DNA from: Gammaproteobacteria bacterium
GTDB lineage: Bacteria > Pseudomonadota > Gammaproteobacteria > Eutrophobiales > Eutrophobiaceae
Reading direction: 5' to 3'
DNA: 64,000 nt
Assembly (NCBI GenBank): GCA_963422205.2
Contig: CAXMWX010000005.1
Coordinates: 736,001 to 800,000 of the forward strand
Shown: piece by piece, positions 1-12,200 of the stretch
Position numbering within the stretch: the stretch's first letter is position 1
Layout: each line of letters begins with the position of its first letter
Notes under the pieces: model-generated
Databases searched by the model: none
What the model was told of the DNA's origin: nothing
The model's input: the letters and a program-made list of their open reading frames with translations, nothing else
Program-made: the position numbers and the translations under genes

Positions 1-89
1 GCAGTGGCTGAACCAAGCGATAAAATTAGCCACGACTGCCTAGATACAGACTACAGTACGTTAGTGCCTTATGTTCAGGCCATTTTTAC

Positions 90-264
90 CAGTGTGAATT
101 CCAATTCTGAGTTGTAGTTGATCAAGAGGACGATGTCGTATTCTGAAGCTCTTGACAGCTTTTAGCAACGCCAATGCAGTGCGCGCTATTTCAACCACAT
201 GACGAGTGCCGTTACGCTCTGGCAAGCCTGATACCAGCATGTACTCGTCTCCGATTGTTTCAAC
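90..264 (-). CDS. Guanylyl cyclase exon 21
   Basis: [27 protein letters not shown]; GTAAAA donor. Confidence 0.95.
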
Positions 265-3200
265 CTAAAACACCAGGAGAATTAAAAAACAATTCTTAAA
301 TACTTATACGTAAAAAATTAAGCGATTGGCCTATGACAAACCACTGCACTTAAAGTAAGCAATTATAGACAAAACTGCAATGTAAAATTCTATTTTTAAT
401 GCTACTAATTACTTTGTAGACGTCAAAAGTATCGATTGCTTCATCGAAACAAGTGTAGAGATCGTTAAGAAAACTGACGATCTGCATTGGACTCGAAGTA
501 GCAGATAAAGCTGCAAAGTCGCCGATGTCGGTGAAGCAAATGGTAACACTTTCAAATGCTTCCGCTGGAACTACTTCACCATGTTTGAGCCGAATAATAA
601 CGGGCCTACAAAGCAAAATAGCTGTAATGTAGCAAAAACCTCAGCAAAATCACTGAAATAACCAGGTATAAAAACAAATCCAGAAAGCTGTGGTAATGTG
701 GAAGCCTATACATATTTTGAGCATTTAAGTACAATTTTACGTCTATAAAAATTTTATTGCCTAACTACATCCAATTAATGCAAAACATTTACTCTATTCA
801 ATTCCTGTTGGCCTCTATTTAAGTTTAATAATTTTCAACCAAAATTTGAAAATACAAAAGAAGCTTGAAGATTATTCAAACAAAAAATTCTCAGTGTAAG
901 ATGAAATGTCAGATAAATAAAAATGTGTAATTGATTACTGCCTAATGATAACGTTGCTGGTAAACAAGCATGTTTATTCCAATTGAGGTTATCAAAGTGC
1001 TGTAGGGGAAATCACAATGAATGACACAGCCCAGGTTTTCAAAACAAACTGATTGCAATAAGACACCTAATGCCTTGGGATTTTCTAGAAGATGTATTGT
1101 GATAAGTTTCAAACATTTCGAGCAGTGACACAAGCTATGAAATAAATCTGTTGACACTCATTAATTTTAAAGCCTTTTTCCCAATACAATGGCTCAAACC
1201 GATGGGTTTGAATAAAGTTAAGGGAAGCTGAAAGGTTTAAATAATACAATCTTTCTTTATGCTTTAAAATTAGATTAGTGTTATTTTTGTCAGCTTTTAC
1301 GGAAAAGCGTTTTTGAAAATACACTTGACAGAAACAAAGTCTTTGTCTGTTCAATAGGCCAAATCAGATATAGAAAATACGTGATAGGTTTAGGCAAAAA
1401 TAACTGCTCAGCATTTGCAGTGTTTTCAACACACAAATAAGAGTATTTGACTAGGAATAACAAAACTTCTCCAACTTGCCATCGCAAATAAAAGGTTTTT
1501 GCAGATCCGAAATGTGTGGTTTGCCTATTTATTTACTTGTTACATCCGCTTAGAGGATGATGCAAAACTTACGCAGAATGATACGTTTATAATACGAACA
1601 GTTTTACAACAAGCTTACTCTGGAAGCATTTGATAGAGTAGGTCGTCTGCTTTCTGTTTTTCTTCGTGGTATGCAGCTGTTCTCTCTTCCACTAACCCCT
1701 CCAAATTCAACGCGTATTGTTCCAAACGTTGCAATAAATTTTCCACCAAATTGCCATCATTTTCACTGCAGCACAATAGAGTAACAACAACTACACCACG
1801 AACATTCTAGCTCAATACTTCTGAACTTTCAATATGCAAAAACCAATCAAGTTGAGTGACAACGAAGAAGGTTAATTGATTGAAAATCCAAAACCAATGA
1901 GATAAAATATACTCCATGATGTCCAGAGGGGTCATCATGTTCTCCATATGAATATTTTTTCGGCTTCAAGTTTCCGGGCTTGCTATACAGCATTAACATT
2001 ACATAATTAACGTGTAGTTACTTTTTCATTTTTCATGTTGAAAATTTGATTATGATACAAAAACAAGGTCTTTTGACCCACCACAAAAATGCACACAAAA
2101 ACTGAGTTCTCGTGATTGAGTCATAAACTCATCATACTGTGACATCCTATAAAAGGATGTTACAAAATGGTGCGTCGTTCAGAGATGTTGGAACAACTAG
2201 TCTTGTTCCGATATATTTAAAAGTAAAAATGTAACTCATTTCTTCAGAAACATTTTAATCGAAGCACATGGGTGTTTATTTTGGTGATGTTCCATCACAG
2301 AAATCTGCTGCAGTACTATCGGCGTAACCAAACTTTCTAGCCAACGTTCCACAGAAGATTTTGTTATTTATTTGAAAAACCTGCTGCTCACCTGTTCAGA
2401 CGTTCAATGATTTTCTTTGCATTGGCAAAGGTAGGCCTTTCATTTGGTTCTTCATGCCAACATTTCTGAATTAACCCACACATATCTTCACTCAATTTGT
2501 ACATGTCAAGCATCGGTCGAAAATAAGGCTTGAAACCACAACGAACTTTTGTAACAATATCTGTTCATGCAAATTAACGCTGTATAATCACATAGTTACG
2601 TGGAACTTGAAGAATTTGTTGCACTAACCTTTACAAGACAAGTTTGATTTTCCGATATAAAAAGGACCTTTTCTCATAGCTATTTCTTGCAAAATAATTC
2701 CGAAACTATAAACATCACTTTTTTGTACTCCTGCCGGACCGTTTGACAACCCTCTCAAAACTTCTGGTGCTGTCCAAAGTTTTTCTACAACACGTAAAAA
2801 TGACTGAGATACAGCAAATGAGCTCAAAAATAAAGTAGCCTAGAACTCGTTTGAAAAACGCAATTCAATTGCAGTATAACATCGCTAAAAGTATTTGCCC
2901 TTTGTACTTGTAAACCAATAATATACTAAAGACAGCATAACTAACGGAAATACGACTAAAAAAAGTTACACCCAAGGGCGTTGAAGGTGGGGGCTGAGGG
3001 AGGCTGAAGCCCTCCTTATATTTTTTCAGCCCCCCCGTAGAAATTTTGAGCCCCTCTTCAGTCCCCCTTACAAAAATTTATAACTACAATACACCTTATT
3101 GCACTTCGACGTTGGCTCATGGCGTCGCTTGCTATTTGTTCCTTTTCTTCATTGTTACCATCAAACCAACGTACTAACTTTTGCAACTTAGCGACAAAAG

Positions 3201-6200
3201 TAAACAAATCAACAAAATCGCAAAAACTGTTGGATTTCCTGGTACCTTAGAGTACACAGCTCTTAGAGCTTTATAATGATGTAACAGTTAAATTTTCTCC
3301 AATTTTAATAGAAACTTCTGTGCAAATAACAGCGAAACAACAAAATATCAAATTAGAATTACAGTAGCTAGCTTGTCTTAGGCGCAGTGGCGTAGCGAAA
3401 CATTTTAAAAGGGGGGGATAATTTTCACGTTGTTTTCAAGCATATTTTTTTTCGGCAGAACAAATTTGAAGCTGATTGAGACACAAAAAAGCTCCATAAG
3501 GGGGTCCAGGGTCATGCTACCCCGGATATTTTTTGAAAATTTACATGCTGCGTATGGGTATTTTAGTGCTTTTTGAATAATTTTCACGCAATTTTTTTTA
3601 ATTTTTGACCCTAATTCTGAGTGCTTCGCCAAATTGTTACCGGTAACCTAAGCGAGCTCGTACAGCCCATTGATCGCTTTCTCGTGATAGTAGGATAAAT
3701 ATGCAACTAAACACAAAAAAAATTTGATTCATTTTGTTCGCACATTTTCGGTTATGCGTGCTTAAGGCGCAAGGCTTATCGCTATCGAAGAGGTTCGTAA
3801 CTACAGAAAAATTGTATACATCAAAAATATTTTTGAAAATGGCTGGTGGAAGGATGCATACCTTTTATCCTACCACCCTGGATCCGCCCCTGGCCATAAG
3901 CTACAGAAACCATCAAAAGAGTTTGGCATGCAGTCATTAGCACCATTAGTTTTGTTCTTTTTTACTTAGGCTATAGGCAGAGACAAAAAGGGGGGGGGAA
4001 TGACACAATACTCCTTCCCTAAATACGCTCCCGTCTAGAAGCCTGAGACTAGGAGCTTGTGAACGGATAATAAGTTCATTTAAAAGAGAATTAGGCTTAA
4101 ACACGTTTACAAACGTCGATCTGGCCACTGTTTGTTATAGCAGCTTGAGGAAAGCTTAAGTTCATCAAGCTATCTCCAAGTGACTTTTACTGAAGTGAAG
4201 TGCATGGTACATATGACAATGTTGCGATAACAAGGAGGGGGGTCTGAGGGGCTTAGCCCATCAGACGTTGATATGGTAACACAAATTTCAGCCCCCCCTT
4301 CCCCTTCTTAAAAGTACTTTCAACGCCTCTGGTTACACCTTTACCCTGCTTTGTACAAAACCAAAACTTATCATATTGATTTTTTTAAAAGTCCTTTACA
4401 AGGGATTAGCACCTAACTAAATCTTGTTTAACCACATTGCAGGTAATGTCACCACAGCTAAAAGAAGGAAGATCTAATAGAAAACCAAAATTCATTATAA
4501 GCATAATTAATATAATCACTTTCATATTCGCGGTCAGAATCGTCACCAGTTGTATTGTTTCGGAATGCTTGTAATCCATAATCAGTAATTTTTAAAACGA
4601 TTCGAGAGTCAACAACGCAATTCGGAGATTTCAAATTGCCATGGTAATGCAGCGCACTTCCATGTAAAAACGACATTCCTAAAAACAATTCATAAATATA
4701 GCTCCGACTTGATGAAAAATAGCACTTTGTAACGTAGCCTATATTGCACGATTAATGATGGAGCGAATAGGTAAGGGCTTGAAGGCTTGTTTTCGTCAGT
4801 ACACTAATATTCTGGGATAAAAAATTGTAATGCAATTTTCACTCTTGGAGATAGTTTGAAGCTTACGCTGTACCAGTCAAGTTTGACGCAAGCGATTTGC
4901 CGCCAGAGCAATTCACATTGCGTTTAACGAAAAGCACTTAGAGTCAGGTACCGGTAACGGCTGGCCGACTTGTATATCGGTTAAAGTAGTGTATATTACA
5001 TGTATTGTATAATGTAAATCCTACCAACAAAGTTCAGTCACTCTTGATCGATATTGTAATAATAAAACTACTAATGCACATACAAGAGCGATCTAAGCAA
5101 AAAGTGCTGTTGCACCAACACCTGTTTACCACTTGAAAGTACAATAACCCGTTAAGTGACTTTCGCAACCTCCCAAGAAGTGAAATTGACGGCTTGCTTT
5201 TTTTTACTCTCTTTTAAATGCGGGATGTAAACACCGAATTGTGAGTGTGGTGCCTCTGAGCAAACTACAGACCACATCATTTCTACATGTTTGCAATGAT
5301 GACACCCGACGCTGGCTTAAAATCAACGCCGTCAACATCTAAACCGTCGGAAGAGGATACCGAATCGAAATTGAACTTTTGATCTGGTCTTCTTTAGAAG
5401 CTGTGATTTATGTACTGGTCTGACAGAATGTAAGCTTCAAGCACTTGTTGCTTCATAACTGCGCTTTTATAGTCACCTTTTTCATTTTTTTAATTCAACC
5501 ACGAAAAGTTTTTCAATAAATGCTGTTTGATTTTTCGTTTGGTGTGTAGAGTTATACTAATCTACAGCAAAACCACCGCAGTTTATAGTCAAGTTGTTTC
5601 AAGGGCAACTAAAAAGCCTAAGCCTAATGAGGCCGCGACTAGCCTCGCAACAACCTACCAACCTTTAACTAAGTCGTTCATGAGAGAAAGCCTGAACATT
5701 TTGTCCATGTTTATTTCTTCGTTCATTAAGATATCTCTTAAGCTTCCTTTTCTACAGTATTCCGTCAAAATACAAGCATGCGGCCCGTCCACACTTGCTC
5801 CCAGAAAATGTGTAAGATGTTCGTGTGTTATGTCCCTCATCTAAAGCAAAAATGTTGCATTAAAGATTTATAGTTTATATCACTTACAATAGAACACAAC
5901 ATTCGTTTAAATACTTGGGTGTTAAGATATGGAATTCTATTCCACATAACATCAAGCAACATTCCACGTTTCGAAATTTCAAAAATTCGTACAAATATTA
6001 CCTTGTTAGTTATTACGAATAACGTTCTTGGTATGTTATTGCTATTACCTAAATTGATTCTACAGTATTGTGATTATACAGCTAACTTTTAATCGAAAAA
6101 ATATTCCATTCCTGGCATAACTAAGGCTTTTGATATTTATGTGGGCTATTCAATAATTGCAATAGGGCTGTTGCTTGACTTGAAGACCTATGGTCCCTTC

Positions 6201-9200
6201 GCAGTAGCCTGTTGCTCCTTTTTTTTTTTTTTCAAAATTGCGTCAGTTATGTGTAACGTTATTGATGTTATGTATGAGCAACGAATAAAATTCTGTTCTG
6301 TTCTATTCTGTTCACTTATACTAGTAAACATCAAACTCACAGCATGGCCACTGCGCTCTGTTTCACCCCCAAAACGATCATGAGGTGACTTATTCAAATA
6401 GTTAAAATTTGTAGCATATGATCAAAGGTAAGACCAAAGTTAACAAGTTAGGCTACTCATTGCTCATACGTAGGCTTAATGGTATAGCATTTTCCTAAAA
6501 GTATGAAATGGTTACAGAAACAAACTTACATGTTTTAGCTCCATTAGTACATGCTTGGTCAAGTCGACTTTCTTTTTGTTGGAAAGCTTCATGACTACAG
6601 TTTTGTCCTGCACGTATTATACTTTTGATAGCTTACATGAAATGCATAATTGCACACTGAAGAAAATCGAAGTCGTAAGATCTACTGTACTGAACCTCTC
6701 TTGCCATAAAAACGTCCTTCTTGAAGCAACGTCTTACAATGACGGTGGACAGTTGGTACTGTTAAATTTCTTTTTTTCTTGAAATGAAGACATTAGACAG
6801 CAATGATGCCAAAATATCACAAATATACAGCAAATAACCGGTGAGCTTAGGTAAAATAAACCTTTCAGCCGTTTTTTTCTTATATATATTTCATTGCATA
6901 TTTATCCTACTATCACGAGAAAGCGATCAAAGCGCAATAACGGCCTCGTGTAGGAGTTGCCGACCACCAGTCTACCACACCAAGATGGAAGAATCCCGTT
7001 CAGTGCCTTTCCCACAGCACAACGAGTAAACTTGCCGGCTTGCTCTCCACACTGTTCCTTTAATCCTGAACGTCAAGCAGGGAAGCTGTAAATACCAATC
7101 TTTACGTCATTGGTTTAACCCTACTCGGAAGCAAACCCGAGTCTACAGCTATAGAGGCAGATGCTCTTACCACTCGGCCATCTAAGCTGTACTTGGTCAT
7201 CCCTCACCACTCGGCCATCTGTTTTTTTTTTTTATGTAAAAAAAAAAAGTAATCAAATATGAGTACTGTAAAATCGGTTATGAGTAATAGGTTATGATAT
7301 TCATTGCCCATGAAAGAACTAAACCTAAAAACAAGCCTGAGTTTCAATAGACGTGCTCTAGTGTTCTGCAGATTTTGACAGTTACAGCATATGAGAGCTA
7401 GCGAATACATTAATTGAACTAAACTGGTATTAAAATGCCCAGGAGCGTAGCCAGGGGGGGCAAAAGGAGCAATTGCCCCCCCGAAATGTTTTCAGTGAAC
7501 ACTAGCCTACAAACAAAGATACTAATGCTATAACGTAAATCTACTAACAACGCAAGCAGAGGCGGATTAAGACCACTTTTCGACAAAAAAACTACGCTAA
7601 AATGAGTATTTTTCTTGCAAAAACCCTTGCCGAATCCCGAGTGCGCCACTGGAAAATCTATGAAGTTTTGCCTCCCCCCAAAAAAATTTTGGGCTGGCTA
7701 CGCCACTGAAAATGCCTAATACCAAAGCTTGTTTTGACACTTTTGTTTAAATTAGAAAAGAAGACTTGCCTTGTAAAAGCAGATTGCTGTGAGACCTCGC
7801 CAGGGCTTCTCTTGAACTGACGATCCCGAGCTTACTTTACGCTGCAAAAAAAGATTGTCATTGCGGTTAAATAAAATTAAAGCTAAAACACATTAAACAA
7901 TGAAATATAAACGGCAAAACAAACAAAATAAATTGTTAAAAAAACCACGTACATCATCATCAAAAACTTTGTCATCCTTTTTTGAATTTGAAGACCATTT
8001 TCGTTTTCGTCTAAACGACCGTTTGGGAATTATTCCCGGTGAAAGAGAAGGAACATACAAAGACATAAACTCCCCGATGGTTGTATCACTTTCAGAATTA
8101 AATCGTGAGTTACCGAACCAGATGTTATCGCAAAGTGTTCCACCGAGTATACTGTTTGGCGATACGGGACGAGTAATATCGTTCCAAGAAACTTTCCACA
8201 GTTGGCGATGTAATTCTTTGTCGATATTCTTTTTCCTGGAAATATGATAGTTTGTTTATATTTACGTAAATACGTGATTCTGATTGTGTTTGTTTTCAAA
8301 TACAAAATAAACAATCAAAATTTTCGCTGAATTGGACAAGCTAGTCAAATGTTGCAGAGCAGTGTTCCGTTAGTACCGTATTTCATATCAATGCAGCTTC
8401 AATAAGATGTTTTTGCGGTTTATTATCACCAGGGACGTATTTAGAGGAGGGTTTGTACCATGCTCCCCCTCACTTTTTGACTTTGCCTTTCAGTAAAAAA
8501 AAATAAATGCTGCTGAGTGATTGAAATATGCCAGATTTTTTTTTTGGCTTTTGCAGCTTACGGCTCCCCCTTTTAAAATATCTCGCTGCGCCATTAATTA
8601 TTACTTACAAAAAATTGTGCAAACTGTCGTGACATCTATATATAAGATAAGGTAAATTTTACTGAGCATGCAAAACAGTTTAAGATTACTGAATATCTTA
8701 TCATCCTAATCATATTTTCGCAATCTTCTGCGGTTGCAAACACTAATTAGCACAGGGTCCGCACTCTCCCAGCTCCGTCAATAATAAAAACATCACAGAA
8801 ATTATTAGTCAAATAGCATTCTTTTACATTTTTTTGCCTGCAATTCGCAAAGCTCGCAGTCTTGAAAACTTAACTGATACACCGTAGCCTACCTGTAATT
8901 CAAGTACATTAATGCTCCCATCACAAACATGCTTGCCAAGCCAACAGCAATTGCAGAGATTTCCCATGCATTCCATTCTAAATAAAAATCAACAAAGCAA
9001 TGAGCCAAAGTTAAGTAACATTTTGTGCAGCAGGACGATTTTAAACTTTGTTTGATTTTTCATGAAATAATCATTTACCCTGTCGAAATTTATACATCCA
9101 GGCACCATTACCCTGTCTAACTTGTCCAATTTTAGTGGGCTTTAGGCCCGAGGTTTTTGATTCTAGTTTCTGCCTCATAATCAATTTTTTGATGTTATAA

Positions 9201-12200
9201 TTACGTTAATAAGCCCACTAAAATTGGACATGCAAACAGCACAATTCCCACTAAATCGGACACGTAGAGACAATAATGCAGTAGGTAATAAAACCAACTG
9301 ATTACAAAGTCTTCAAAAATTCTATTTGTCTTGTACTTATAAACTGCTTGAAATCGTTAAATATCAACACAATCAAGGATTTAAACCAACTTTTCACGCA
9401 TCTTTCGCCTTTGAATCCACACTTAGGAACATCAGTAGGAGGAGACCCATTTGGCCATGATATATCGAGGGTTTCTCGGTATGTATCACTTTTTGCGCTG
9501 AAACGACCTGATACTCTAATTTCACCTACAGAAAAATTACAAACAATTTTGGCAAAACTGCATTAGGCTGTTTTTAAAACCATGATTTTGCTAAATCTAA
9601 AAGGTGTCTCAACATTCACACGTATAGCACGATGCACCATTGCACATGACTTCGTAGATCAAAAGCTTTCGTATAAGATAGCAAAAATATAGCTCAACTT
9701 GATAACCAAATCAGGATCAAGACCCTTAATTATGCTAATCCTTTGTTTTTTTGGCCAACACTAATAGCAGCACATTTCAATATCTGTTCTGAAGCATGAT
9801 TTTTGGCAACTATGAGAGCAATAGCACAGCAGCTGTAAATCTCTCAGACCATTGTTTTAACTTTTTGGGACCTGCGACTCTTTGAAATGTTCTAAAAAAA
9901 AAGCCTAGGAACCCAGGCAAACAAAAACGCTGTGAAGATCACTATCAAATAGCTGAAGTAAAAATATTGCAATAATTGTATTTGGATTAACACACTCCTT
10001 GAAGCCCCACAGCGGTCTCATTTGGGGTTCATGGTCTCAAGCGCTAAATTGTACCGACCTGTTTTCGGGTCCAAGCGTCGGATAACTAGATCCAACAGAC
10101 GATCCCCTTCATCATCAAAAGATATTTCTCCTGTCACACCTGCAGTATACTTGTCACAGTTAGATTTTTGTGAGTAAATTTTTATAATGGAATCAGCTTT
10201 TGAAACAAACTAAACCATCACGAATCAGATTTGGTTAAAAGTTTTCCACACACCACGTTTACCTTTTGTCCGTCGTTAAACTACAGTACTAGTTTGTTGA
10301 GTATGATCAGTTATTTTAAGCAATTATTTTTATAACTTTGTTTTTATTTTACGTACCTTCAAAAGTGTGTCCCGCAATGAAATGTTTTAGGAGTTCTGAA
10401 CCTTTAAATTCATTTTTTGCATCACTTGAGTGAACCCCGGCTCTTCTACCCAAACTGCTATTAATTACATGGGCCAATGTGAGCAAAGAGTCGTGGAAGA
10501 AGGCAGGGTATAAATTTTTCTATAAGTGCAAAAAACAATAACTTATATAAATAATTAATGGAACGACTGTTAAAACCAGAAATAAAAACAACTACAGTAA
10601 ACAGAACAGCTAAATGTTAGTGCAAATTTATGCGGGTACTAGGCTGTTAGCCTAGCAGTAAGTGATTGCATTCAACGTAAAATTAAGCCTTTTACACTAT
10701 AGACTTGATTTAACCATTAAAATTACTTTTTCTTGAATCAAACATTATTGCTACCAATGCAATTAGCAATTTAAAATTAGTGATTTAAAGGAGATATGAT
10801 TGTTCAAGAAACTACTCAAATCTGTTCGTGAGCAACAGAAAACAAGAAGCGATGACGAAGTACAGTAAGCTTAAATGCTAATGCTACTGGTATGTTTTCG
10901 GTTATTTTTGTGCGTGTACTGTTTAGGGATGTGCCTAGTCGAGTCCGAGTACTCGGCCGAGTAATAAGGCATTACTCGGACTCGGCCGAGTCCGAGTATT
11001 AATTGATATTCGGCCGAGTATTAAGCCATTATCATTTTGACCTTTTTTATGCTTTTTATCCGAATTTGGGTCGAAATTAGGACTTCTACGGACGTGATGA
11101 CTTTTTTTTTTTTGGTCTTCACCTAATTTTGAGTTCATAATTGGACGTCGTAGATACTCGGATTCGGACTCGGCCGAGTAATGTCGTGAATACTCGTTAC
11201 TCGGCGAGTCCGAGTAATTTTCCTCGAGGCACATCCCTAGTACTGTTGTAAACTTTTGGATTTTAACTGTAGCACTTACTTGAAAGTATTCATCTGTGCT
11301 ATTTGCGTTATAGAAAATCTTTTCCATTGTAAGTAGCTCTTCGGCTACTTCCACACTGAGATCTTCTTTTAGATCATTAGCCATGTTTCTATAACAATAC
11401 ATATATAGGCCTAGAGTACAATCAGGTTGCATGTGCTCATTGGTCGAGTTCATTCTTTGACGGCAGCTCTGTTGTACTTTTTCTTCGAATAAATCATGTA
11501 AAATAATAACATCATCACACCGTCTTATTGTCAAATAGGTGTAGTACATTTTCATTGTTACTTTGTCCCACATGTCCATTTTCGTAAGCAAACCTTGTGG
11601 GGTTTTTGTGATTAAAATAAATTTTTATTGCTACAACCTACGTTCCCTCTAAGCTGCGCAGCTAGCCGAGAAACCCCGCGCAGTACATTTGGTCTTCCGC
11701 GCACTGCGTAAGTATTGACAGCAAAACAAGCTATAAATAGCCTACTAGCTTTCAATCGGAAGCAAGCCCTACATTTGAGATTTGACAATTATGTTTTACA
11801 AATTCAAGGTGCAATCAGTTAATTGTGCAGTGATACCATGAAATTCTACTATGCCAGTAATTGATCGAGCATATTAACTAAAAATGATGTTATAATCATT
11901 TGACAATCTCAATGGTAATAGAACGTAGTGCCCTTAAAAACTCGTGATAAGAAAACGGCATGTTGTTGACAAAATGGAGATGTTTCGTGGAAGTACTGTT
12001 TTGACAAAGGAAGGGTTAAGCTAATCAGCACAAGGCATGAGGTAGTTAGTTGTGTGCAGGAGCGTATTTAGGGGTAGACATTGTGCCATGCCCCTCCCCC
12101 CTTTTGACTCTGCTTTTTAGTTAAAAAGAGCAAAATTAATAGTGCCTAGTGTCTGAAATATGCCAGACTCTTTTGATGGTTTCTGTAGGTATGGCAAAGG

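Noticed and set aside
10935-11591. 218-aa minus-strand ORF as a separate gene
   Set aside because: It is cyclase exon 7 read through into intron and a hAT MITE; only 11280-11388 has splice support.
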